A stretch of DNA of 63,763 nucleotides, counting the filler, from Collodictyon triciliatum (Eukaryota), in assembly GCA_043381765.1 (NCBI GenBank). It is 7 parts of 7 records of this genome, joined end to end, with 100 filler letters (N's around TTAATTAATTAA, not from the genome) between each part and the next. Parts side by side here need not be neighbours in the genome. Positions count along the whole stretch, not along the records: positions 14,419 to 26,537 come from JBHJMP010000573.1; positions 26,638 to 49,011 come from JBHJMP010000574.1; 5 more parts are not named here. One strand, given 5' to 3'. The first letter of the stretch is position 1, and every line of letters starts with the position of its first letter. Positions 24,201 through 36,167 of the stretch are shown here, piece by piece. The position numbers and the translations under genes were made by a program. The notes under the pieces are model-generated. The model had not been told where the DNA came from. It saw nothing but the letters and a program-made list of their open reading frames with translations, and did no database searches.

Positions 24201-26492
24201 AGATTTAACTTGACCACTTGCGATAAAGAAGACCTCGTCCCGACTTTGCATTAGTTTGAGAGTGGATAGAGTTTGGCATTTTCTTTCTCTTTTTCACTTT
24301 GCACTTTGCACTTTGCACTTTGCACTTTGCACTTTATTTCTAATGGCACTCTCACTTTGATATTGCCATAGAACCTCAGTGTCCTTCCGAGACAGGGTCT
24401 GTCGATGGAGATATATTCAACGCCAGCATCCCCCCTCCTTCGTACGCATCCATCGATGGTATGAAATGCGTTAGCTAGCTTTTTGATCCACAACCTGAAA
24501 TCGGAAAGAAAACTCGCACCGAATAATTCAAGTGACGGTCCAGACATTTCATAGCGGAACAAAATTATGTCCACTGATCGAAAAAAAATATAAAAAGGTC
24601 ACCTCTCGCAAGGACTTTCCTCGATATTGGTATGATTTTTACATAATAAGTTTAATAAGACATTATTCATACTATTTATCACATTTATCTATTTGCTCCA
24701 ACATAAAGTATGACTCTGAGGACGAACTATCTCCCTCCGCCAATTATATACTTGATGGTTTGGACTTAAGTTTTATTCAAAAATTCATCGTGTGTTTAAT
24801 TGAGAACAGTGTGCGCTTAATAACATGTGAAGTTTTTTTGTTTTTACTTTTTGTTTTTTTTATTTTTTATTTTTTATTTTTTATTTTTTATTTTTTATTT
24901 TTTATTTTTTATTTTTTATTTTTTATTTTTGTTGTTATTTTTGTTGTTATTTTTGTTGTTATTTTTGTTGTTATTTTTGTTGTTATTTTTTATCCACAAA
25001 TACAAAATTGAAGTTCATTTGTGAAAATATTACATCAGAGCACCACATTTCGATAGGCGATGGACCTGAAGATGTAAAAAAAAATTATTTTCGGAAAAAA
25101 CGAAACAAAACAAAACAAAGCTAGTATCACCATTCGGTCTGAAACTTTAAGAAAATACTAACGAAATCACGAAACGCGTGCTATTCAGAATCAAGTCAGC
25201 CGGATGCTTCACGATGAAGAGGCTGCGTTTGAGGAGTTAGTTCAGAACGTGAGATGCACAAAATAGAGCTTCGGCACATAGTCAGAGTGAAAAGCAAAAG
25301 TGCAGTAGTCTAACACGGGATTAACTGTCGGTTATTCCACAGGAAGCATTTTAACTAATTTCGGTACAGAAAGGCCTAGAATCCTTTCTGTTTCAGAAGG
25401 CATCCCCTACAATAATGACGCAAAGACTCTGTGGATAAATCTAAATGAATTCTTGACATTGCAATACATTCTTTTATCGAATTCTCGTGTTTCATACAGC
25501 ATCAGCGCGTCAATTATGTGACAAGATATAAGAAAAGAAAACCGACCCGAAAACCCCACAAATATTTGAGACTTGAAAAACTTTCATTTTCATCCCTCAA
25601 TACTGATTGATATGTCAGTGTGCTCTTCTGGTTAAGGATGAAGAAGTCCGTCTCGCGCTCTCCATCAAAATATCTGAGCCGAGCCCGGTCATTCCATGCG
25701 CGGTGCTCTCGTTAAATAAAATTATGCATTCTGTTTTTTACTGTATTTTATTCATATGCTCAATATACGATGATGTGGTTGAGGATATCGCATCCAAATA
25801 CTTCTTCATCGATTGAAACTACTCAGACTGCGAGCTTCATGTGAGGACTGGATATTCCTCTTGGGATTCTCCGCGTGGTTAATCGGATGGTGGGTTTTCA
25901 CGCCAACCAAACGGCATAGGAGAATATTTCTTTCCCCCTTTATTTGATGCAAAGTAAACGCAACAAGAGAATAGTTTTGATATTTGACATTTCGCAGTTT
26001 GAAAAAGAAAAAAAAGAAAAAGAAAAGACACAATAGGTCATCCCCTAACATGAGAGTAATAAAAAAAAAAAAAAGAATTCGAAGAGGCTGCTCCGCATGT
26101 AAGATAAACCAGAAAAGTATACGTAAACTAGATTATTATTTTTTTTTATTACGAGGGCAAGAAAACAATTTGTTTATTGGGCAAGTGTCCTTGGAAAATT
26201 GTTGTGTTATGAGAGCTTTTTTTGGGGAGTGAAGGTTGCCGTATCGATTCCTCCAACAACATTTACAATTGACTGCGATAAACCACGAAATGGTGTTTGT
26301 GTTTGGAAAATAAAGTTTTAAAAGCATATTACCAAGAGGGATTTTTGTTTTATGAAGTACATGCAATGGAGAAAAGCACCCATTATTAGAATTTGTTGGA
26401 TTTCACCAAATCTGTCTGTTTGTTATTGTCCTCCAGTGTTAAGGCCGGCGTGATAGATTAGCTGAACTTCTCTGTTCGATTGAAGAATCGAG
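14653..26492 (+). CDS. Large multi-exon formin-like protein: helical N-region, coiled coil (about 16470-17863), Ser-rich spacer, divergent FH2 (about 19070-23570), unassigned C-terminal exons; truncated at both ends
   Basis: FH2-like exons: EAIKEAILSMDD, DLLDMIKNILPNSDE, EEYFLNQ-LIQIPRIKPRLESHLFKKEF, FCRACEEFNSNRKFHRLLD-AAGKYLCGN, LDALNQ, DTFKESMT-AFIRKAKPRMDKI and FLMVQQFFSSL. Assigning the exons beyond 23570 to the same gene is inferred from strand and continuity only. Confidence 0.65.
22201..22806 (+). CDS. Array of five 69-nt exons, each encoding one plant-specific-type LRR (fragment of an extracellular-type LRR protein)
   Basis: Exons 22201-22269, 22335-22403, 22468-22536, 22604-22672 and 22738-22806 all have AG/GT boundaries and phase 1. 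They encode GTIPNFKSMPNLVAIRLSDNFFI, GDVPDFKYIPKIQLISLFGNQLT, GSIPDFADTPFLIWLDVIGNQLS, GTVPNFINLPNIVLFHFSINKFT and GSVPEFSYTPNIKYVYLYSNELY. Confidence 0.92.
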
Positions 26493-26537
26493 GGTAAACC
26501 TGCGTCATAAGGCGATACACAGCGTACAGAATGGAGA

Positions 26538-26637
26538 NNNNNNNNNNNNNNNNNNNNNNNNNNNNNNNNNNNNNNNNNNNNTTAATTAATTAANNNNNNN
26601 NNNNNNNNNNNNNNNNNNNNNNNNNNNNNNNNNNNNN
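26538..26637. other. Artificial contig-joining linker
   Basis: N44-TTAATTAATTAA-N44. Confidence 0.97.
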
Positions 26638-26753
26638 AAAAAAAGAAAAAAAGAAAAAAAGAAAAAAAGAAAAAAAGAAAAAAAGAAAAAAAGAAAAAAA
26701 GAAAAAAAGAAAAAAAGAAAAAAAGAAAAAAAAGAAGCATAGTTGGGAACTTT

Positions 26754-27885
26754 TCACAAGCCCCAATATTCTGGTGTGTGAAATGTTTTCTCGGGGTGGC
26801 CCTGGTTCACAGAAAAGAGTGGGGGATGGTCGTATTTGATATCACTATCTCTTAGTCCTGGGATTTCTGATAACGTATGGAGTATTTTGTCGCTTAATGC
26901 GCGATTCCCAGACACAGAGAAGTGCCTGCAAGATGTGGTAGAAATAGAATTATTATCATTGTTAATTAAAAAAAAAAAGAAAGAAAAAAGGGGAGGAAAA
27001 TCACACAAGGATTTGCGGCATACTTTTGTACGACTGCCTTTATTTTAGAAAACAGTTTCGCCGCAACAATGCGCAATTATGATAACCATGTAATTATGAA
27101 GTCTTACAACCCATCGTGTAGATAGTGTTTCAAAGGACCAGGCATACTCAATAAGTGATGGAAAATATCAATACAATAGACTGGAACATTATTGAATCCA
27201 TTCTCTTGTGTAGCAACTTCGACGGAGGCGTTAGCATACCTTTCATTTACATTTTACATAAAAATTTATATTTAGCGAATGAGAAAAATTGAAAAGAAGG
27301 GAGAGAAAAATCCAGTCGTATTGCACATATGAGTGCGTGAATATATACACAAACACATACCGTTCTGTGTTTGATAAAACGCGCAGGAGTGGTTTTCTCT
27401 GGCTTCCTTGGATTTTCCAGAATGTGCCCTCATCGACTGGTGGAGGAGTGATTACGATGATGGTGCGTGTGTTTGGAACAAAGTCGTTTCCCTCCGGCTT
27501 TTGCATTAAGTTAATCAAAAACTTGAGATTTGCCTATAAGCAAAATCAAGAAATGAAAGCATGTCAGTTATTTCTATAATCCATGTCGCAGATGGTCCTC
27601 GCAGAAAGCATGAATCATATGACGATTGCTAGGCTGTTCGATGGCCATGAACCGACGAGAGAAGAAAAATGAATTATGATTGATTTTGAGACGCAGAAGA
27701 CTCGAATAATTAAATAGTTTCCCATTACTCAACCTTGTATTCGCCCACGGGCACATGCGCCCCGTTGCCCTCTATCACAGCATCGTTTGCACCAAGAAAC
27801 AAAAACAGAACAAGCTTTCTATTATCCACCGGAAGATGCTTGAAATAATACGGGAAAAGCATTCGTGCCCATCGCGTATTGTATC
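26754..27885 (-). CDS. IAH1: SGNH/GDSL hydrolase, IAH1-like esterase (4 exons visible; 5' exon(s) presumably in the gap)
   Basis: Spliced motifs GYNTRWA, LFLGANDA...HVPVGEYK, IIVITPPPVDE, YANASVEVA and YLHDGLHFSVSGN correspond to SGNH blocks II, III and V. Confidence 0.88.
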
Positions 27886-27969
27886 CTGAAAGGTATTAAT
27901 TCGTGCGCAACAACATTATAGTAATTAAGTAATCCTTTCTTGAAGTATGAAAATGAATGAACAAGGAGC

Positions 27970-28073
27970 AATGAACAATGAACAATGAACAATGAACAAT
28001 GAACAATGAACAATGAACAATGAACAATGAACAATGAACAATGAACAATGAACAATGAACAATGAACAATGAA
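27970..28073. repeat. (AATGAAC)n heptamer array next to a gap
   Basis: About 15 perfect copies. Confidence 0.9.
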
Positions 28074-28762
28074 NNNNNNNNNNNNNNNNNNNNNNNNNNN
28101 NNNNNNNNNNNNNNNNNNNNNNNNNNNNNNNNNNNNNNNNNNNNNNNNNNNNNNNNNNNNNNNNNNNNNNNNNNNNNNNNNNNNNNNNNNNNNNNNNNNN
28201 NNNNNNNNNNNNNNNNNNNNNNNNNNNNNNNNNNNNNNNNNNNNNNNNNNNNNNNNNNNNNNNNNNNNNNNNNNNNNNNNNNNNNNNNNNNNNNNNNNNN
28301 NNNNNNNNNNNNNNNNNNNNNNNNNNNNNNNNNNNNNNNNNNNNNNNNNNNNNNNNNNNNNNNNNNNNNNNNNNNNNNNNNNNNNNNNNNNNNNNNNNNN
28401 NNNNNNNNNNNNNNNNNNNNNNNNNNNNNNNNNNNNNNNNNNNNNNNNNNNNNNNNNNNNNNNNNNNNNNNNNNNNNNNNNNNNNNNNNNNNNNNNNNNN
28501 NNNNNNNNNNNNNNNNNNNNNNNNNNNNNNNNNNNNNNNNNNNNNNNNNNNNNNNNNNNNNNNNNNNNNNNNNNNNNNNNNNNNNNNNNNNNNNNNNNNN
28601 NNNNNNNNNNNNNNNNNNNNNNNNNNNNNNNNNNNNNNNNNNNNNNNNNNNNNNNNNNNNNNNNNNNNNNNNNNNNNNNNNNNNNNNNNNNNNNNNNNNN
28701 NATAAAAAAAGCTCGATACCTTTCATCAAATTGAATACGACATAAACTTTTTTTTCATGCAG

Positions 28763-30050
28763 GATACAGAAAACAAGAATATTCGTCGGCGTGTGTATGA
28801 CACATTGAATGTCCTTATTGCACTTGGGGTGATAAAAAAAGACAAAAAAGTGAGCAAAGATAATGATGCATAGCTAAACCATGACAAATAATACTTACAA
28901 TATCATTTTGGCGATACACAAATGCAGGTTATAAAATGGGAAGGTCATCCACCAGGTCCTGCCGTAGACATAGATGCTAAGCAGGTAAGCAAGATATATT
29001 GAGTTTGTATATGATAAGAGACCATATTTGAATGCATCAAAATGTAACATGTATAATAATATAAAACAAAATAGCATAACGTTTTATAACCTCTTTAGAA
29101 TGAATGTGAAGTGCTGAGACGAAAGGTCCATGAGAAACAAGAACAGCTGAATCTAATTCAGGACGAGGTCGGCTCCATCATATAAAAACGCAACTTTACT
29201 TGACCTTCACATTTCATAAAATTCAAATCATCTCTAATTAATTTGAACAGGTTAGGCTTCTTCGTAACCAGACTTCAAGGAATCGGTTAACCTCCATTCA
29301 TCACGACATGGTAACATGCACGTTCTACATTTTCGAAACCCACACAAATACCTCTTGTGCCCATGCTGTTTCATTTCCAATTCAAGGCCCGTGTAAAACC
29401 TCAAATCGCTTCATAATAATTCGATGACTATTACTATTACTATTACTATTACTATTACTATTACTATTACTATTACTATTACTATTACTATTACTATTAC
29501 TATTACTATTACTATTACTATTACTATTACTATTACTATTATGAATTCTATTATGAATAAACGCAACTTTAATAACACAGGACAAAGTTCGCCTCCCTTT
29601 TGTCCTCATAAAAATCAACCGTGATGTAATATATTCTCAATTTGTGTTTCATTTTTCATACACAATATTTCGATTTCCTTTTCTTTGGTGCTATGTATTT
29701 AATAAAGCGTAACAAATACAATTTTATTTGCGTCTGTATTAGGCCCCCACTGAAGTTGAAATTTCACAAGATAGCAGATTCGTATCGATTATAACCAGGT
29801 GGGAGGACGAGTCCTATTTGATTGAAGATGACCATCACTTTTTCCTATTTTAACTCCAATGCAATAGCATTAATCAGTCTATCCGGTATGTCAATGTTCT
29901 AGTACGGGTCAATCAGTTCAGATGTGCGATGACTTGGATATACTAAGGGATATTCACAGGGATAAGATAGTTTACACAGTTTCGTTTAATTCATTCTTAT
30001 ACTCAGCTTTTGATTTTATTTCATGCAAAATTTTCAAAAAGCGGAAATGA
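28763..30050 (+). CDS. DP (E2F dimerisation partner) transcription factor, 7 short exons visible; 5' part in the gap, 3' end approximate
   Basis: [37 protein letters not shown] (DEF box), then a coiled coil, KVRLPFVLI, EVEISQDSR and QMCDDLDILR, matching the DP domain layout. Confidence 0.88.
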
Positions 30051-30486
30051 ATCATATTCTTTAACAAAATTTCAAACGAAGCATCTTTGAACAATAATCA
30101 ATCATACTCCCCTTATCCCTGCACCTGTCATCTTGTCCCATTTACATACATTGCATTTCATCCTGCTTTTCGGATTTAATCACACTTTATCAAAGTAAAA
30201 TTTAAAAAATGTATAGTGCATCCCACCTAATCCAAAAGGCCAAGAACGAAGCGACCCGCAATCCCCTTCTCCTCCGCCAAGTGCACAAACGCAGGAAAAA
30301 GAATGACAACCACCAAAAACACACAGAACTCTTTACGTATTCATTTTGTCGTTTGTTAAAGTTGACGGGCAGTGATAAAAAGCAAGTATCCAGATTCTAA
30401 TAAAAGAGCATTGAATTTTGCGTCGCACTCATGTTTGAATAAATCACTTTTTGATCCGTTCGTGCTTTTTTATATTTTTGAAGAGT

Positions 30487-31145
30487 TCATCTGCTATGGG
30501 TGTCCTGCTCCAGCGGACACCGCGCAAACAAGACCCTTGGTTTCCTGGACAGGTCATGCCATATTTGTATGTCACGGTACCTCAGACGCTCAGCCCATTT
30601 CTGGAGAATATATGCCTGCTTTTTTGAGCCATCAAACTCAACCGCTACCAACCCTTCCTTTTGTAGGAAACCAGGTGCCATATGAAGCAGGTGGCGATTG
30701 ATGTCAGTGCCATCAGATCTGTTTCCAATCAGAGCAGATCTATCTTCCCATAGGCGGACATCCAAATCTGCCGTATGATAGTCACGGAATGCAAGATACG
30801 GTGGATTGGATACAATACAATCATATTTTCGATGAACACGTCCCGATATGTGGTCTCTGAGGGCGGAGAACCAGTCCGATTGGAGCAGCCAAAGATGCGG
30901 TGCTTCGGCCGAGTGCTTCTTCGCATCTCTGTCGACTGGGAAAGACTTCCGGATGTTCAGAAAGGCGAGTTGCAGAGCCTTTGGATTTTTATCCACCATT
31001 GTTACCGATATATTTGAAGCTGTGTGGAGAGTATGTCAGGTTATTCAGTGATGAAAATGACTGCTCGGTTGCATGGGGCACCGTGAGTCAGACGCATATA
31101 CAAGGTTTTCGCGAAGCGCGATACTGATGATGAAAAGAAGAAGAC

Positions 31146-31199
<54 letters not shown>

Positions 31200-31727
31200 A
31201 AGAAGAAGACGATACTGATGATGAAAAGAAGAAGAGGATGATGATGATGATGAAGAAGAAAAAGGGGTTTTCATACCCTGGTGATGTTGGCTATGGTGCG
31301 AGTGCAAAGCCCTTGCGATGCTGATACCAACACAGCCGGATCCGCAGCCAAGATCCAAAACCGAGAAGGGCTGTGATTCCAGCGCGCTTGGGGTCTTGGT
31401 GGTTGGGATGAGGCGTGTTTGCAAAAGACGCGATACCCATTCCTCCGTCTCTGGCCGTGGGATGAGGACGGGAGGGCGCACTATGATATCGCAATCCAAG
31501 AAAGGCTGCGAGCCGAGAAGGTATTGCAAGGGAGTATGCTTTACCTTGCGCAGGAACAAGAACCGAAGCAGCGTGTGCCTTTGTTGCGAGGACAGGCTCG
31601 ATGGTGGCTTTGTGCGAAGGCTGCTTCGTGTGACATGATCAAGAAGCCAGCGGGCCTCGTTTTTGCTGCCGATGAGGGTTGCGGCCCATTTTTGAGCCTG
31701 TGTGACCAGCCGAGGAACGATCGACAT
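30487..31727 (-). CDS. HEMK1: HemK/PrmC release-factor glutamine N5-methyltransferase (HEMK1/MTQ1-like); exons 31727-31277 and 31019-30487
   Basis: PLQYLLGSQPF, RPPVLIPRPETEEW, LDLGCGSGCVGI, VDKNPKALQLA, IVSNPPY, EDRSALIG and DLSRKPRV. Intron 31276-31020 (GTATGA..CAG) restores the frame. The start codon is inferred. Confidence 0.92.
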
Positions 31728-31865
31728 GCTTTGGCCCGTGTTGTGTCCTAAGTGAGGATTGAAATCGTTCTGTGTGTCTTCGGCTCTAGATTTGCCCGGG
31801 CGTTGTTCGGCTGTTTTTGTTGCTCCTGCTATTGTTGTTATTGTTGTTGTTGCGTGCCTGCGGAA

Positions 31866-34800
31866 ATGGGCGAAAGCGCGTCTCTCTCGCAGCTTTATGT
31901 TGGTTTCTGCAAGGAGCTGCGCCTTCCTCCTATGAGAGCCTTCCTTGAGCGCGCCAGAAGCAATCAGGTTAATAGATATAGCGTCCGCACTGACCCTTTC
32001 ATACATATTTTTTCTTTTAATGCATTTATTCCTTTTCTTGCTTTCATCTTTTCCTTTTTCCTTTTTCCTTTTTCCTTTTTTCCTTTTCCTTTTCCTTTTT
32101 TCTTTTTTCCTTTTCCTTTTTCCTTTTTTCCTTTTTCCTTTTTTCCTTTTTCCTTTTTCCTTTTTCCTTTTTCCTTTTTCCTTTTTCCTTTTTCCTTTTT
32201 ATCTTTTCTTATATTGTTTTCCTTTTCATCTATTCTTCTCATCTTTCTCATCTTTCTCATCTTTCTCATCTTTCTCATCTTTCTCATCTTTCTCATCTTT
32301 CTCATCTTTCTCATCTTTCTCATCTTTCTCATCTTTCTCTTCTATTGTATATTCGCATCTGGTGTTTCTGTCAAGATTATGGTGTTTTGTTGTTGGGGGG
32401 CTCAGGCATTGAATGAAAAGAAAACAGTGGCCATAACCCTCGCACGAAAAATACCTGAGTTTTCAAAAGCATTGTTATAGATAAAGAAAGGATGCGCGAG
32501 TGTGTTCCATACTTCCCTTCTCTCCCGCTGAAATTCTGATGGCAAAATAGGATTTTCCTCCTAAAACTATTTTTCAACACCTCAGATATTATTGAATTTT
32601 GATTTGGTTAAGGAGAGGCAGTGGACTCCAATATATCTATCAATACACCATTGCACAACACTTGTGTCCATAGTTGTCTTTAGTGCAGCCCGCGCTCATG
32701 ATTTTGGATATAATGGTTAACTTTTTATCAACTTAGTATAGCATACTTCCCAAAAAAATTCATCCGAAACCTGACTTGGGAATCGTTTTTCTTTCTTACT
32801 AAACTATCACATCGCTCAATTTTATGAAACATATATTTTTTTTAAAAAAAAATTAAAAAGTAAAACAATAACAGATGTACTGGCGATGCCAAGGAAAGAG
32901 AAAAAGACTATATTTATTCGACAAGCTGCCGCGATGCTATGCAGGTAATAGTTATAAGAGGCTCCCCCGAGAAAACTGCGCCATAACTCGTTTATTATAT
33001 CAGCACTACCAGATTTTAATTTTCCTCACGCACATTTTCAACAGGTCCATATCTGAATGCCTACTTAGGAACCCTGTATTATCTACTGTTGAGCTTATCG
33101 GCATTCCTTTAAGTGAAGACAGTTTAGCACATTTATCCAGAGTTGGTTCTTATTTTTCATAAATGTATGCAGTTTTAAGAAACCCCACTTCATAGACTAC
33201 TTTTATTCAAACTATCTAACCAAGTGTTTGTGAGCAAAATTCCACCATGACATTTTTTTTAGTTACATTCGTTACGCATGAGCAAAATTTAAACTATTCA
33301 AGTAGGGTATCACTTCCAGCAGATCTCTTCGAAATCTTTTCCTGAATAATTGCTGCATTGGAGATAGAGGGTTTACAGGTTTTTTTTTTTGGAAAAAAAA
33401 TAAGGAGTGAATAACTGAATAGTCCTGTTTCGTAACCTTCAGATTGACTTTAAAGAAATTTCATAGTGCTAAATGACGCGCTTCTGTCGTCTACTTCTTT
33501 AAACACTTTGCGTTTGCCTGGAAACCAGCTATCAGACCGTAGTGGTGTCAAGATATCAGGAATTATACAGGTTTAACTTTTGTTTGTCAAACATAGTTTT
33601 GAATCAGCTTCTACATAATATAGGGAAAAAACGCAAACAGCATACAGCATCATAAAATCATAATCTTAATACAGCCGAATCCTTTTATGGCTGACACTTT
33701 TTTATTTCATTCGTAGGCTCAAAATGAGCGCCGAAATCGAAGTGCTTGGATAAATGGATTGCGTCAAAACTCAAGGGATTCTCCAATTGTCAAATCGAAA
33801 GATGCAAATAGCTGTAACAGGGCAGAATCAGACCTTCAGGACATTCAGAGTATAGATATGTCCGATAATAATTTAACTGACCACTTTCTCTTCTCGTTTT
33901 GTAAACCGATGGAAGCTTCTACAGTAATGAAAGGTTTTAATTTTCTTCAATAGACCCACGAGCCGATAAGGCCATCATATCTTCTTATTTTTTTTATGAA
34001 GTAAAATATTTTTGGATAGAGTAATCATTCACACCATCATCATCTTTTATTTAAAATGTTAAAATCTCATCATTTCATTATTTTTCATATAAAACTAGCA
34101 CTCAAGTTTCGAGAAAACTTCTTTACTAACAGTGGTCTACAGGTAAATACTAATCCTTTCTAATTTATTTCATGATTCTTAAGAGTAATGAACTATCCTC
34201 TAAACTTTAACAGAGTGTTGTAAATTCAATGCGTGAGCAACACAGGATAACGTACTTCGATATCGGAGAACCTAATACATATGGTATTAACTACATCTTA
34301 ATTTTGTGAATCCAACATTTTTCATCGTAGGCAAATAGACTTTGTAACTGTGTTAACGTTAATTTATTAATGGTCTTATTTTATGATTTTTCATATGAAA
34401 TCAGATTCTGCACTTCTTTATCAACTTCAAGAATTGCTTACCCAGAATCTGGTTTCGAAGAATAAAACCAAGAAATATCATCATGTTTGATTTCACATAT
34501 ATTGATATTTCTCATATGAAATCCTTTTGAATGTGAAAACGAGGAAAGAGCCTCATACACGATGATGACTAAAAGGAATCAAGAAATGGAGAAAAGTCCG
34601 GCACACTACTTCAAAGCATCCATTTAAGCGATGACGAATTTGAAATACATGTATTTCTTAAAATAAAATTTATCTGTCATATTTCGCTTTAAAATTTGAT
34701 AAAGATGAAGTCACGAACACATCATTAATGCTCTACAATCAAATCATCAAGATAATAAAGGGTGGAAAACAATCAAAGAATGAAGTGAAATTCCATGGAT

Positions 34801-35947
34801 TTGCAAAATCATGATTTTTTGTTTATCGTTATTCCATTCCAGAGATTCAATATTTTATTTTGAAACGTACCAATAATTTCCCTCTCTTTTGACCTGATTT
34901 CACTTATTACATTCAGGATAGCTATGTTAATTCAAACATACGAGAAGTATATCCCATATCCAAATTTCCCAGAAAGCAAAGAAGGCGAAGCTTTGACGAA
35001 ATTCGAGCCGGAGAGCACTATTATTATTATATCAACCCTTCGGCTGATGTACTAAATAATCCCATATGGGGCATCTTTATGTTAAGATAATGTTGATTGT
35101 TAAATTCGATGGACTATTTTCAAAAATATTTTTCTTTCAATTCGAATAAAGCATCAATATTTTTTAAGAATTCGATCTTATATTTTTTTCTTTCATATGA
35201 CTCTTTTGGTAAATCCCTCCTTTCTTTGCTATTGAAAAAAATACAGGTCGATTGTGATGAATTCTCTGATGAAAGAATTGAGCGCACCCTGAGATTTCAA
35301 GCAGAAGCTGAAGTGATTCGACTCCGACTGAGGCTTGGCCAAGTAAAAAATGAATTGGACGAATATAAGGTTTATTTCGAATAGGCCATTTCTTGTTGCT
35401 GTTCATGTCTTAAAATTTATTTAACTTTCATCAATACATAAAGGATTGGCAATACATGAATATAAAACTGCTCTATTGGAATTTTCACTCGAGGAAATAT
35501 TCTGTTTATAATATTCTATTTTCTCGGCTACACCTTGCATAGAAATCATTTGAAACAGTCAGAGAAGCGGCCTTTAAATGGAGGGAACGTGCATATCGTT
35601 TGAAAGAAAAAGTAGAGAAACAAAGAGCAACAGTCTTACCGAGAAAGCCCATGCCGCAACCCCCACCCATGCGAGATGGCTGGGAGGCCAATGAGAGCAT
35701 CACTTTGGTAGGAGAGCAAACTGCTGCACGTCGACGGGGCAAAGTTTATCAAAATATCGACCAGGAATGGATTCAAAATCTGCACCATGATGTTTACAAA
35801 GTCTGCAGTTTACTAAATGAGCAAAAGTCTTCCAAGAGTATATTGCCCTCTTCTCGGCCTGATAACTCCGAAATGTCCCAATACGAGGTCGATTCAGAGA
35901 CTGAAGAGCGAGTAGCCCGGCGACTGAATGATTTATGGGACCTATAA
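31866..35947 (+). CDS. CEP78: CEP78-like centrosomal LRR plus coiled-coil protein (multi-exon)
   Basis: Exons LSQLYVGFCKELRLPP, LNFDLVKERQWTPI, ISECLLRNPVLSTVELIGIPL, GITSSRSLRNLFLNNCCIGDRG and QNERRNRSAWINGLR, followed by a C-terminal coiled coil, parallel the CEP78 architecture as I recall it (e.g. LSLANCPIGDGG, QTMRRHEETWAESLR). Confidence 0.75.
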
Positions 35948-36167
35948 AATGGCTACCGCTGCTTTCAAATTATAAAATCAACAAACAAATAGGCAATTAA
36001 GTCGATGAAATAAACCAGAAATGATCAATATATTCATTTAGTAAGTTCGTTTTTTTTAGTCACCATGCATCCTAACTTGAAAAATGACAGTATTTTTTTT
36101 ATCCTTCCTTACAATTCGCAAGAGAATAATAAAAGTAAATGTAAAAATAAAATACTGAAATACTGAT

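Noticed and set aside
31020-31276. Apparent frameshift or poly-Ile/Ser insertion in HemK (pseudogene or recoding)
   Set aside because: A canonical GT-AG intron containing a (GAT)n array and a short local duplication explains it.
31728-32006. 93-aa N-terminal extension of HemK suggested by the ORF track
   Set aside because: It overlaps, antisense, the better-supported first exon of the CEP78-like gene, so the ATG at 31727 is more parsimonious.
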